DNA of 64,000 nucleotides from a virus: IMG/VR virus record IMGVR_UViG_3300046519_000323, positions 24,040 to 88,039 of that record; one strand, 5' to 3'. Shown piece by piece: positions 50,582 to 60,834 of this stretch (position 1 is its first letter; each line of letters starts with the position of its first letter). The notes under the pieces were generated by a model. It saw only the letters and a program-made list of their open reading frames with translations, ran no database searches and was not told where the DNA came from. The position numbers and the translations under genes were made by a program.

Positions 50582-53500
50582 TTAAAGCTGCTTCATTGCC
50601 TCATCTTCACTTAATTTTGAAATCAGTGCTCCGAGTGCTACAGGGTCAACGGGGTGGCCTGCTAGTCTGATTGCTGCCTTTATCACGTCCCACGTAACGG
50701 CGTCACTATTAAAAATTATGGCTGGTACCATTCGCTCTTTACGTTCTTTAGCCAATGTTAGACGGTCCATACCATGAATTAAGTAATATTTGTTGCCATC
50801 CTCAAGCACTACAATCGGGTCTTGAATTGAAAGCTTACTTTCCTGAAGTTTTGGAGCTTTGGCCGTATTAACTTTGCTGATCATCACATGCTCATAATGA
50901 CCATCCTGAGCCCAGCTGTCATACATGCCTTTTAATAGCTTATTTTCTTCAGTAAGTTGGCTAAGGAACTGAAGAAAACTATCAAAGCTATATTCCTCAA
51001 TATGCCCCATACCCGACCAATTCTCATCGTAATGGCTCTGATAAAGTAAGGCAGCTTCAGCTTTGCTATTCGCACCGATGATGACTTTGTGTTCGTCAAA
51101 GTCCCCGTTCTCATCATTTTGATGGACCACAAAAACGGGACCTGAATAGTCAGTTTCGGTACCCGGTACAACAAATACGTCTACTTCATCGCCGTCATGC
51201 CCTAAGGTATCCGCAAAAAAACCATAATGAGCGAGCATTTTGGTTTCCCAAGTTTCGCCGTCAGCTCCTACACCTGACCGTACGCTACCTGCTGGGTTTT
51301 CGATATGGACATGTAATTCATTGATTTTAAATTTACCTGTCGTGTAATCATTGTCCTGTAACTGCTGTTCAGTAGGTTCTTGCCCTTCATTTAAAGGGCT
51401 GGTAGCCGCTGCTTGAGCAAGTAGGTCATTTACACCAGGTAATAAAGTTCCCTTTTGCTTTAAATCATCTAATGAAAGTGGTTTATTACGTTGAAGAGCT
51501 GTGCCAAATGCACGCGAAAAGGCATCATAAGCGTCTTCTTGAGTATAGTGTCTAGGTGTGCCACCAATCCCGTCAAAAATTGATTTGTGTTCACTACCAT
51601 CAATCACCATTTCGTAATCAGGGTCATTAAATGAGTTGCTGAAAAGTGCATCCATGAAAGCTTGATTTTGTGCTGCAGTCTCAAGAATTTTTTTATCCTT
51701 AATAACTTTAAACAAGTGCTCAAATGCAGCATTTACAGCTTCTCGCTCAACGCCCTGCGGGTATGCAACCTCACCAATACGATTATTACCGCCTTGTGTA
51801 GAGTAAGCTAAATAGTCATTTTTACGACCCATTGCGGCTAAACGGTCTTGTAAAAATGCTGAGAATGACCGCGCCGCCATTTCGAGCTCTTGCGACCAAT
51901 ATTTGCCAGTTTTCCCTTGATCTAAATTCAATGCTTTTTGATAAAAATCGCTATCTGATTCAAATCCTTCAATATCAACTTGTACTGAGCCGTCAGCTGT
52001 AAGCGATACATCACCTTTATGAAAATGGCGAGCAATCAAATATTCGCCAAGTTTTCTTTGAGCAAGGTAATGTACAGAGAGTCTTGAATTAACTTTTGCG
52101 GCCTCAAACCAAACTTTAAACTTTTCGATAACTATATCGATAGGCTGTTCAAATGGAGCTTGCGAGTCTAAACCGATCTCTTTAGCAAAGATTTGAGCTT
52201 TAGAAGTATAGTTATCTAGGGTGTTCTCATTTGGTGTTTGATTAAGATCAACATAAGAATTTTTATAAACTAAGCGGCTTGAACGATAACGTAAGGCGTG
52301 AGTAAGTTTTTTAAAAGCATCTGAAAGTTCTTTATCTTCGATCTTGGCATAGTCACGTGTACCAAAAAAGCCAACTGCCCCGACTTTTTGAGTCGATAAA
52401 TCATTGATTAAATTATCAAGGGCATGGAAATATTCATGGCCTAAGGAACCTCCCCCCTTCATTTTAGTGATATTAATGACTTTGGCACTCGGCTCATAAT
52501 GGGCCAGCGCGCCTTTTTTACCCCGAGCACCAAATGCTAAAGCTAAGTTACCATTAAGCCCTAAATGCTTGGCATCAATACCCAAAACATCAGACATATC
52601 TAACATTGCTTCAGCTGTAGCTTGCATATGAAACTCAGCGCTAGACTTATCTTTAAGGACCCAATTACCTGACTGAATCCCTCTAAAATTAAACATCTGT
52701 TCAAGTTCTTTTGAAGAGCGAACTTGTACAGCTGGACCGCCAATACGCTCGATGTCTGCAGCTGCTTCAAGTTGAAAACTTGGGGCCTTAGGTTTCTTGG
52801 GTTTTCCTTCTTCATCAGTTAATTTTGGCTCTTTATCAAGCCATGCCCACTCTAAACCTTTAGATTGTTGAAATGTGCGGGGAACTCGTCCGGTACGCGC
52901 TTCTTGAAGCGCAGAGTTGGCCGTATTGAAAATCCATGAATAGAATTTCTGACCTAGCTCTGAAATTACTCGCGTTTCCCATTTATCAAAGTTCATCACA
53001 GTGGCAAACACAGACTTATCGTAATATCTAACTAGGCCTTTAGGATTTTCAATTTCATAACTAATATCAACAACAATATTTTTAACTTGTTCATAGGTAC
53101 GACATACTTCAAGACGTTCACGTAAATTCGAAACCGCTAAAACAAAGTTCTTTCGGCTTTCTGCATTCGTTGGTACAACCGGCTCTTTTGAAACGGCGTC
53201 ATAAACGCGTTTAATTAAGTAAGCAACCTCTGAAGGCATCCCATCATTACGTAGCTGATTCCAGTCAACAACACCAAAGACATTCTTTTTATTAATTAGT
53301 GCTTGAGCTAGACGGTCATCTTTATTGAGTTCATCCCAGTCAATATCAGAGATTACGATATTACGGCCTTCTTTCTTTGCCTCATCAAATGTTTGGGTTA
53401 AGAATTTACGAGCGCCAGCAATTACCGCCGTATCTTTCCAACGGTAATTATCTGAAGTAGTAACGTCTGATAGGCCATCATCACCAAGTATATTTTTTTC

Positions 53501-53668
53501 TGGTTCAGTTTCAGCTGAAGTTATTACGCCACCCAATAAAACGGTAATTTCATTTACACGGCGTGAAGTCTTTACCTTCTCAAGCGGTGATAAGGTGCCA
53601 CCTTTAAGCTGTTCGACTAAATGAATGCTTTCACGGGAAAGTTTTACTTTTTCTAAAACACTTAACAT
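50582..53668 (-). CDS. polyvalent virion protein: LPD1-like zincin (HExxH) + inorganic-pyrophosphatase-like domain + ParB/Srx-like C-terminus
   Basis: 1028 aa. ALAFGARGKKGALAHYEP...GGGSLGHEYFHALDN (HEYFH at 52424..52438). DGDEVDV (51176..51196) fits the family-I PPase signature D-[SGDN]-D-[PE]-[LIVMF]-D-[LIVMGAC], within YGFFADTLGHDGDEVDVFVVPG. The C-terminal DPIVVLEDGNKYYLIHGMDRLTLA is ParB-like. Confidence 0.6.
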   Translation of the reverse strand: MLSVLEKVKLSRESIHLVEQLKGGTLSPLEKVKTSRRVNEITVLLGGVITSAETEPEKNILGDDGLSDVTTSDNYRWKDTAVIAGARKFLTQTFDEAKKEGRNIVISDIDWDELNKDDRLAQALINKKNVFGVVDWNQLRNDGMPSEVAYLIKRVYDAVSKEPVVPTNAESRKNFVLAVSNLRERLEVCRTYEQVKNIVVDISYEIENPKGLVRYYDKSVFATVMNFDKWETRVISELGQKFYSWIFNTANSALQEARTGRVPRTFQQSKGLEWAWLDKEPKLTDEEGKPKKPKAPSFQLEAAADIERIGGPAVQVRSSKELEQMFNFRGIQSGNWVLKDKSSAEFHMQATAEAMLDMSDVLGIDAKHLGLNGNLALAFGARGKKGALAHYEPSAKVINITKMKGGGSLGHEYFHALDNLINDLSTQKVGAVGFFGTRDYAKIEDKELSDAFKKLTHALRYRSSRLVYKNSYVDLNQTPNENTLDNYTSKAQIFAKEIGLDSQAPFEQPIDIVIEKFKVWFEAAKVNSRLSVHYLAQRKLGEYLIARHFHKGDVSLTADGSVQVDIEGFESDSDFYQKALNLDQGKTGKYWSQELEMAARSFSAFLQDRLAAMGRKNDYLAYSTQGGNNRIGEVAYPQGVEREAVNAAFEHLFKVIKDKKILETAAQNQAFMDALFSNSFNDPDYEMVIDGSEHKSIFDGIGGTPRHYTQEDAYDAFSRAFGTALQRNKPLSLDDLKQKGTLLPGVNDLLAQAAATSPLNEGQEPTEQQLQDNDYTTGKFKINELHVHIENPAGSVRSGVGADGETWETKMLAHYGFFADTLGHDGDEVDVFVVPGTETDYSGPVFVVHQNDENGDFDEHKVIIGANSKAEAALLYQSHYDENWSGMGHIEEYSFDSFLQFLSQLTEENKLLKGMYDSWAQDGHYEHVMISKVNTAKAPKLQESKLSIQDPIVVLEDGNKYYLIHGMDRLTLAKERKERMVPAIIFNSDAVTWDVIKAAIRLAGHPVDPVALGALISKLSEDEAMKQL

Positions 53669-53673
53669 ATGAC

Positions 53674-55890
53674 TTACCCTTGTGCTGCATTAGTGATAGC
53701 AAACTGTGCATAAATCTCAGCTGCTTGGTTAAAGAGTTCATGAAGTTCATCAGGTAGGTTTTCGCCGATCGCTTCAAGCTTTGCGCCTGTCTCATTTTCA
53801 GCAAGATTTACTGAGCCGTTAATAACATTCGCCAGAAATTCCTGATCGGTATTTTCAGCTGGCTGCTGTGGTTCATCTACAGGTGTATCGATAGTCGTAG
53901 GTTCTTCAGCTGGTTGCTGTGCGTCGTCTGCAGGTGTATCGATAGTCGCAGGTTCTTCAGCTGGTTGCTGTGCGTCGTCTGCAGGTGTATCGATAGTCGC
54001 AGGTTCTTCATCATCGAAAATAAAGATATTCATCACTTCATCTTTGGCAGAACCCGCGTCATCCAGAATCATAGGATTGACCGCCTCGAAATCCTCGCCT
54101 ATAATTGAATCAAGGTGGTAACGACCGTTGCGGACCAGTTTAGCAAGTTCTTCTTGTGACACTCCCGACTTTGGAACCGTTACTGCGAGAAGTCCGTCTA
54201 ATAGCGGGCTTTTTGCATTTTGGAGCACATCTTTTGCAATAGTGTGGTCATAATGATATTGCCCTTTGTCATCTTCACGCACCACAAAACGAACTTTCAA
54301 CTTATGCCCTTCAAGTTCTAGGGGCGCTTCAAGAATGTGATAAGCCTTAATATTTTGTTCCGTAGCAGTAGCGTAAGTACTTAGCTCATCAGTTTTGTGG
54401 GCAATAAAGAATAAATCTTTTAATGCACATACAATTTTCAATTTACGTGCATCACCGCTAAAGCTAATTACTTTTTTAACCCCACTTTTTCGGATTTCAA
54501 TAGGTCCGCCAAGTGCCGGACAATCAAACCACTGCCCAATCATTTCAGTAAGTTTTAGTTTGGCCGCATTACGAAGTTCTTTCATGCCCTCAGGTGTAGC
54601 AGGGAAATCACCGAGCTCATTACCGCTTAAGACAACGCCGTCACTATTTTCAGTAGCAGCTTTTAAGTTTTCATGAAAAGCATCAGCGCCTTCTTTTGTA
54701 AGCCCTGCAGTATCAGTTTTTTCATCATCTGCAGTTAATGCCGTATCAACATTTATCTTATTTTCAAGGTCTGCTTGCTGTTTTTGAGCATGTTCATCGA
54801 TCAATTTTTGCTGTTCGTTAATCTGCTCATCAAGTGAAAACAACTCACTATTTGCTTCTGATAAAGCTTGAGTAGTTTGGTCAAATTCAGCTTGAATACG
54901 TAGTTTCTCTGCCTGAGCACGTACAAAACGTGGATGGTTATTAACTAATAACTTAATCATCCGTGTAGCAATAAGCTTATATTTTTTTGAATCAATGGCC
55001 CGCGGTTGTAAGGCTGCAGTCACATCACGGCGGTTCAAAATCCATTTCCACGATGTTAATACATCATCTTGAGATAATTTTGCTGGGGTAGAGTCAGGAT
55101 TATTAAGAATCACTGTGATGGTTTGTGTATCAGACATTGTAAAAACAGCGGCCACATTAACGACGCCCAAGCGCTTAAATGGCTTCAGTTTAGTTACTTC
55201 TTCAACATAGAAAGTTTGATCACCTAGTTCCTTTAGTTGATTGGCAATTTGATCAATTAAACGGTCAAATTCACGGTACTTAATTACGATCGCATCATGT
55301 ATAGCTACTTCACACTGATCATCGAGTACCAGGGCGGCAATATCTCGCGGTGTCATGCGTTCGATAAGATCAGCATGGTCATCTTGTCGAACCATGTCAA
55401 AAATCATGGTTTTGACTGAGCCGTTGTGTGATTTCAACTCACTTTCGTCCCAAACTACTGGCTCTTCAGTGGTTCGTGTATTTAAGTGAATGGCATCACT
55501 TTCAAGTAAGTATTGAGTGTTCTTCAATGTTGTAGCGCTATCAAGGAAACGTTTCATTCCCCCATCTGAGAGCTGTTGAGCACTGTGAATAACGGGATTA
55601 GATATACACGGTAAGAGGTAGCGAGAAAGTAAACGTTTCTCTTGGTCTGCACTCACGGCGCCCACTACGGCCATTTGCTGCACTTTGCCATTTGACTGCA
55701 CGTTATAAATGGACCATGGGTCGTTTTGATTTACACCGTCGCAAAGAATTGTGGGAATTGAACGCACTTTACCAGTGGTATAACCAATATTTGCAATGCA
55801 AACATCTTCTACAATTTTGCCCTCAGGCATTTGTAAATTGCGATTATTGCCAGTGGAAAATTCAGGTGTAAAAACCTCATTTTTGAACAT
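53674..55890 (-). CDS. large virion-associated (polyvalent-type) protein with acidic tandem repeats
   Basis: 738 aa with a central coiled coil. Near the C-terminus the 17-aa unit EEPATIDTPADDAQQPA is repeated about three times. Adjacent to the polyvalent protein and downstream of the portal-like gene. Confidence 0.5.
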   Translation of the reverse strand: MFKNEVFTPEFSTGNNRNLQMPEGKIVEDVCIANIGYTTGKVRSIPTILCDGVNQNDPWSIYNVQSNGKVQQMAVVGAVSADQEKRLLSRYLLPCISNPVIHSAQQLSDGGMKRFLDSATTLKNTQYLLESDAIHLNTRTTEEPVVWDESELKSHNGSVKTMIFDMVRQDDHADLIERMTPRDIAALVLDDQCEVAIHDAIVIKYREFDRLIDQIANQLKELGDQTFYVEEVTKLKPFKRLGVVNVAAVFTMSDTQTITVILNNPDSTPAKLSQDDVLTSWKWILNRRDVTAALQPRAIDSKKYKLIATRMIKLLVNNHPRFVRAQAEKLRIQAEFDQTTQALSEANSELFSLDEQINEQQKLIDEHAQKQQADLENKINVDTALTADDEKTDTAGLTKEGADAFHENLKAATENSDGVVLSGNELGDFPATPEGMKELRNAAKLKLTEMIGQWFDCPALGGPIEIRKSGVKKVISFSGDARKLKIVCALKDLFFIAHKTDELSTYATATEQNIKAYHILEAPLELEGHKLKVRFVVREDDKGQYHYDHTIAKDVLQNAKSPLLDGLLAVTVPKSGVSQEELAKLVRNGRYHLDSIIGEDFEAVNPMILDDAGSAKDEVMNIFIFDDEEPATIDTPADDAQQPAEEPATIDTPADDAQQPAEEPTTIDTPVDEPQQPAENTDQEFLANVINGSVNLAENETGAKLEAIGENLPDELHELFNQAAEIYAQFAITNAAQG
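53854..54006. repeat. 3 x 51-bp tandem repeat inside the CDS
   Basis: Units start at 53854, 53905 and 53956. The two upstream units are near-identical and the third has diverged. Confidence 0.85.
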
Positions 55891-55951
55891 CAGATCAGCC
55901 TTTCTAAGTATTTAACAAATTGTCGCTGATCTGGTAATTAAGCTTTTTTAC

Positions 55952-56614
55952 TTATTCCGCTAATGAATATGGCCTGAGCACCTTTAACCCTGCAGGTACT
56001 CTTAAAGACTCATAATTATTGGATACTAAATTATCAATTGCGTTGAGGGTTGGTGCTACTAAGTAGGTTTTTTCAAATGGTTTAGACTTCATTCCAAACT
56101 CTCGAGAGAAAAGACCTACTGTAATTTCAATCGCATATGATGCTGGTGGATTAAGTGAACCATCATCATTCACCATCAGTTCACGCCATTGCAAAAAACT
56201 ATTTAAAATACGGGTATCTTTAGTTTCAACAAAGGTTAATTGCAAATCGGGCTCCTGAAACCCACTAAGCGCATTGTAATAAAAGGCCCCTACTTTCACT
56301 TGCTCATATTCAGCTTCAATTACTGAAAGGTTAGTCTCTGTTACTAGGTAACCTGTCAAACTATCATCGAAAAAGGGTAAGTTTGCAGTTGCATTGTCTT
56401 TATGGGGCTTCATTAGTACAAAATAGTGCGCTGTAACAATGTCACCTAAATCATATAGCTCTCGATAAAGTTGTTGTGCTTCAGCTGCATTAAACCCCGC
56501 CCAATAACGATATGATTGCGCCTGTGTGGTGATTGTATTCATTCTTGCACTAACGGCTTGTGCATTCTTGTCCGAACGTTTAGATACGTTTACTTCGTTA
56601 AATTTAAACGCCAT
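55952..56614 (-). CDS. hypothetical virion protein
   Basis: Trimmed to MAFKFNEVNV.... Its ATG overlaps the end of the portal-like gene. Confidence 0.5.
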   Translation of the reverse strand: MAFKFNEVNVSKRSDKNAQAVSARMNTITTQAQSYRYWAGFNAAEAQQLYRELYDLGDIVTAHYFVLMKPHKDNATANLPFFDDSLTGYLVTETNLSVIEAEYEQVKVGAFYYNALSGFQEPDLQLTFVETKDTRILNSFLQWRELMVNDDGSLNPPASYAIEITVGLFSREFGMKSKPFEKTYLVAPTLNAIDNLVSNNYESLRVPAGLKVLRPYSLAE

Positions 56615-58193
56615 CGTCATCACCTTCTTTATCAGAACCTTCAGGATTTCCATTTGCCTGATTTTGAAGACGCCGCTCTTCCTGTTTAGCATTTTCAAGA
56701 GATTTAGAAATTAAATCAGCTTTAGCTGTATCCATTCCAAGATATTCATCAAGGAGTACCGCATTTGCTTCAGGTGCAAGATTTAGTTCTTTGAGTGCTC
56801 CAATACTCTGAACAGTCATTAATAGCGTGTTAGCGCGAGTATTTCGATTGTTAAGGGCCTCAGAAGCAGCTGCGCTAATATCGCTATAAAACTCAATTTT
56901 GAAAGGCAAATCAGCACGGGTATACACCTCACCGTACTTATACGCAAAATGCAAAATACAGAGGTCAATCAAAGGCTCTGTGAGCGCTTGTCGTATAAGT
57001 GCAGAACGTTGCATGACTTGGGCGCTGGTATGAAATGCAGCTCCATCACCCAGCCCACCAGCAAGCATATCAGCCCAACCGAGTAGTGAAATATCTAAGC
57101 CTAAGCACCCAACCGCACGGCGTAAATGCGTCATGACCAGTTCCATGCTTAGCGGTGAACTACGTTGTGCGACGTCGCCAAGTGGGTTCATGACCTGCTT
57201 GTCACCCCACTGCGGCAGTACAATCCAATTCGTTGCCCAGAGTGGGTCACCACCCTGTAAGGCATCTTTTGCCTTTTCATGCTGTTTAAGTAATGCAGCC
57301 GTCAAACCTTCTTTATAGATTTTGCGATTTTCAGGCGGCATACCTGAAACATCAATTGTTAAAAACTCATTTTTTACACTATCCGCAATCTGCTGCGTAT
57401 TAAGAGCGGTAAAATTAAGGATGACATCACGCCAAGCTGATTCAACGTTTTGTAAAAAAGAGCCTCCGACGGGGCTGGGAATAACTGGAACGGCAGAGAT
57501 ATCATCTGTCTGTAATAGCTGCTGGTTATAAACTTTGTCTACCCGAAATTGGGGAACAGGTGAAACACGCTGCATTTTTAAACGAATCATTTGACTACGG
57601 TTTAGAGCGGTAATGATGCGGGTTTCTGTGTTGTTCGCTTCTAAAACATGAAAACCAACGGTACGGCCAGCTTGCTCATATGCTTGAATATTGGGTGACT
57701 CTACATGCTCATCACAAAGAATATGATGAATACCCTGCCCTTTTTGTGAATAGATACGGGCATAAGAATCGCCGTAAGTAATTCCGCTGCGAGTAAATGC
57801 AAAAACGAATGAATTGATTAAAGATTGCAGGTGTCTCGCTTCTTTTTCGACTAATTGTCTGAGTCTTTGGGCTCTTATCCCTTCCCCTCTGACATGATCT
57901 GCAGGTGAGATAAAAACGACTTCACCGCGAGATTCATGGCCCCCAAGTGCCGCCGTAACTAATAGATTTAAAGCAGCATCAATGGTGGGGTCCGTTTGCA
58001 TGATTTTATAAGTGGTATAAATCTGCTTACGGTCCCGTTCCTTCAGTTCTTTTGATGAAAATGTACCAAGACCATAAGGCGCAAAATTTTCGTAAACGGG
58101 GTTAATGGTCCGAATGTCATTGGTTGTATGTGTTCTTAGTTCGGCTTGGCGCTTTCCGAAATTGTTTGTAAGAAATTTGCCAAATATACTCAT
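56604..58193 (-). CDS. putative portal protein
   Basis: 529 aa. N-terminal YTTYKIMQTDPTIDAALNLLVTAALGG and an acidic C-terminal tail resemble portal/head-tail connector families. Followed by large injected-type proteins, as in MuF/portal modules. Confidence 0.45.
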   Translation of the reverse strand: MSIFGKFLTNNFGKRQAELRTHTTNDIRTINPVYENFAPYGLGTFSSKELKERDRKQIYTTYKIMQTDPTIDAALNLLVTAALGGHESRGEVVFISPADHVRGEGIRAQRLRQLVEKEARHLQSLINSFVFAFTRSGITYGDSYARIYSQKGQGIHHILCDEHVESPNIQAYEQAGRTVGFHVLEANNTETRIITALNRSQMIRLKMQRVSPVPQFRVDKVYNQQLLQTDDISAVPVIPSPVGGSFLQNVESAWRDVILNFTALNTQQIADSVKNEFLTIDVSGMPPENRKIYKEGLTAALLKQHEKAKDALQGGDPLWATNWIVLPQWGDKQVMNPLGDVAQRSSPLSMELVMTHLRRAVGCLGLDISLLGWADMLAGGLGDGAAFHTSAQVMQRSALIRQALTEPLIDLCILHFAYKYGEVYTRADLPFKIEFYSDISAAASEALNNRNTRANTLLMTVQSIGALKELNLAPEANAVLLDEYLGMDTAKADLISKSLENAKQEERRLQNQANGNPEGSDKEGDDDGV

Positions 58194-58269
58194 TTTCAGC
58201 CTGCAATTTTAGTTACTGGCTGTATTTTCAAGTGAATTAAATGAGTAACTTTTTCGTTATTCCACCCCT

Positions 58270-58782
58270 TTAACTTGGACCCGGACTATTGCCATGTTTG
58301 TGTGTGTCAAACTCAATACCATCAATATTTGCACCCCCCTCAAGCGTTGACTTTCCTCTGACTGTTTGGGTACCCGTAGTTTCTGAATTTCCTTCATTAA
58401 TAATATTTTCAGCTTTAATTTTTACTGTTTTTGCTTCTAGCAAAATTTCATCAGCAATCAGTGAAATATTGTTCTGTGCAATCAATTCGATGTTTTCTTG
58501 TCTTATACGGCGATGCCCTACTTCAGCATCCTTACCGTGGGAACGACCGCCGCTAATAACAGGGCTATAAGGGTCCCCCTGAAGGAAAAATACATATACA
58601 TCTGTCCCTGGCACGATTTCAATTTCAGTATCAAAGTCATTTTCACCCAACGCATATTCAAAAGTGGCCGTTATGCCAGTATCTAAACCATCCGTTATAG
58701 GTGAAACTTTAATTTTTGCGGTACGTCCTACACGATCGACTGAAATAATCGTTGCAGGGTAATGACCATAATAATTATTCAT
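58270..58782 (-). CDS. baseplate central spike (gpV / Mu gp45-like)
   Basis: 170 aa. OB-fold-like N-terminus, beta-helical IELIAQNNISLIADEILLEAKTVKIKAENI, and an apex motif IEFDTHKHGN (H-x-H). Confidence 0.65.
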   Translation of the reverse strand: MNNYYGHYPATIISVDRVGRTAKIKVSPITDGLDTGITATFEYALGENDFDTEIEIVPGTDVYVFFLQGDPYSPVISGGRSHGKDAEVGHRRIRQENIELIAQNNISLIADEILLEAKTVKIKAENIINEGNSETTGTQTVRGKSTLEGGANIDGIEFDTHKHGNSPGPS

Positions 58783-59672
58783 GCTGATACCACTTGAGCT
58801 AACCAGAATTTTGATGCTGTTACCGTTGCATCACCTAAGGCACCTGAATCAAAGCGATGCGCTGCTGTTAAAACAACATACTTTTCAGCTTCAACCTGAA
58901 TGATGTCTCCTGCATTGATATTGGGGCTTAATGAGCGCTGAGCCGTCCCTTTAACGACTAAAGCTGTACTGAGATTCTTAAGACGTCGTGCGTCTAACGA
59001 AGGCTGAAACTTTGCAGCTTGACCGGGTTTAATCTCACCTTCTAACGTTTTACCATCCTCATTTACAGTTACGTATGAAGGAATAGAATGCAAAACCTCA
59101 TTCGGGTTATTCACCCAATTTACGGCAGATACATCAAGCTTTAGCTTAGGCTCTGCTTGGGTAATGTTAGAGAGACGACGAATCGCAATTTTTCCGTCAT
59201 AAACAAACATAGCTGCAGCCTCTTCACCCAAGGCTCGGCCGATTAAATAAGTCGGTGTTTCACCAAAGGGAATGAAGAATTTTAAAAGCGGAACATCCTC
59301 ATAAATATGAACTTTTATACCCGCTGCGCGTAGGGCTGCCCCAATTGATGTATTTTCTAAAAAAATCGCTTTAGGAGCTGGATTAATCAAGTTCTCAGAG
59401 CCGGATAAAATGGCGATGAAAGAGCCGATAGTTACTCTTTCATCACCCTGAACAATGGAGGTTTTATTCACCACGGCTTTAATAATTTTCATTTCCTGAT
59501 AGTTTTCAGAAATATAAATTAAGTTGCCTTCCTTCAATTGCTCTATCAGCTCATCATTGAGAATGACTTGAAATTCAATTGTTAAAGGCACTGGTAAACA
59601 GTCGCTACGGATTACTGCTGTAACAAGTCTGTTCATGCTAATGACAGTCGAATTTGACAGTACAATTCTCAT
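58779..59672 (-). CDS. baseplate/tail hub-associated protein
   Basis: 297-aa ORF with a 4-nt overlap to the spike gene. Assigned by position only. Confidence 0.4.
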   Translation of the reverse strand: MRIVLSNSTVISMNRLVTAVIRSDCLPVPLTIEFQVILNDELIEQLKEGNLIYISENYQEMKIIKAVVNKTSIVQGDERVTIGSFIAILSGSENLINPAPKAIFLENTSIGAALRAAGIKVHIYEDVPLLKFFIPFGETPTYLIGRALGEEAAAMFVYDGKIAIRRLSNITQAEPKLKLDVSAVNWVNNPNEVLHSIPSYVTVNEDGKTLEGEIKPGQAAKFQPSLDARRLKNLSTALVVKGTAQRSLSPNINAGDIIQVEAEKYVVLTAAHRFDSGALGDATVTASKFWLAQVVSA

Positions 59673-59680
59673 TTCATCAC

Positions 59681-60136
59681 CTAAAACGCTCTAAATGCAG
59701 GCTTTGTATATTCGTAATCGACCGTAAAGGGCTCTTCTACAAAAGCATCCTTTTTCATATTCTCCTTGGTGAGAGAATAAGCCTGTTCTGCTTCTGCAGC
59801 TGAAAGGCCAAAACGTTCGCCACCCATAGACCCACTAGCTTCAACTCGCTGGGCTTGAATGTGGTTGATATGAGCACGAATAACTGGCTCAATAATCCCC
59901 CATTCGCCTACCGAAATTTCGCTATCTTGATCAATAGGCAAAGAAGCCGTTAATTGACCTTTGGTAATTGCCCAGCTTGCATAAAAGAGAAAATCAATTT
60001 TTAAAACTTCTACAATGTCTTCTTTAACAAGACTGTAGCCCATAGACATGTAATGATCAGTTAGAAGGTCGGCAAGCGTACTGATTGTGCCTGCCTGACT
60101 AATCTGAAAAGGTTCCTGGTACTTTTCTAAAAACAT
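59681..60136 (-). CDS. hypothetical tail/baseplate protein
   Basis: 151-aa ORF in the baseplate block. Confidence 0.4.
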   Translation of the reverse strand: MFLEKYQEPFQISQAGTISTLADLLTDHYMSMGYSLVKEDIVEVLKIDFLFYASWAITKGQLTASLPIDQDSEISVGEWGIIEPVIRAHINHIQAQRVEASGSMGGERFGLSAAEAEQAYSLTKENMKKDAFVEEPFTVDYEYTKPAFRAF

Positions 60137-60760
60137 TTACAGGCTTCCTAAAGCTCGAATAAGTGAATTACCCGCCTGTACAACGTTTAACACTTCATTT
60201 GCTTGATTTATGAAGTCCTGAAAGCCTTGGGTTGCATTTTGCACCTGTCCTACTTGTGTAGATGAACCGATATTTGCATTCTTGCCGAAATACATATATT
60301 TAATAGGCGCATTAAGACGCATCAAAGTATTACGACCTTCAGCATCAATTTCACCCGGTTCAATCGTAATAGCACAATCTTTTAATTCATAAGCAAGGGT
60401 AAAACGGTCTTTACGGCCATCGAAAACAATACAATCCGTATGGCCGTTATTTGCCATCAAAAGCTCAGCAAAGCCTGCGATTTGGCCTGTATCTGTCTCG
60501 ATCATTTGCAGCTGACCGTCATGGCTAGTTTTAGGCACACCCGAGCGATGAGCCTGAAGGCCACCAGCAAAAATAATTTCAGTTGGCTCTGTATAAGTAG
60601 ATACGGGGCGCGGTGCATTCGGGATAAGTAACGCTATATGTGGCGCAATTGAAGGCACAATCATGGCATTACATGCCAGCATTGCGGTACCAAGGCTTTT
60701 AGCTGTTTCGTAATCTTGGCAATAATCTAAGAGAGTTTGCTGAAAGGTACTAGCACGCAT
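60137..60760 (-). CDS. hypothetical tail protein
   Basis: 207-aa ORF abutting 59681..60136. Confidence 0.4.
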   Translation of the reverse strand: MRASTFQQTLLDYCQDYETAKSLGTAMLACNAMIVPSIAPHIALLIPNAPRPVSTYTEPTEIIFAGGLQAHRSGVPKTSHDGQLQMIETDTGQIAGFAELLMANNGHTDCIVFDGRKDRFTLAYELKDCAITIEPGEIDAEGRNTLMRLNAPIKYMYFGKNANIGSSTQVGQVQNATQGFQDFINQANEVLNVVQAGNSLIRALGSL

Positions 60761-60834
60761 AGTTTTTAATGTTCCAAAGTCATTTAACCTATTGTGCTAG
60801 TTTTAAAAATACTTAATTTAGGGCGATTCCACCT

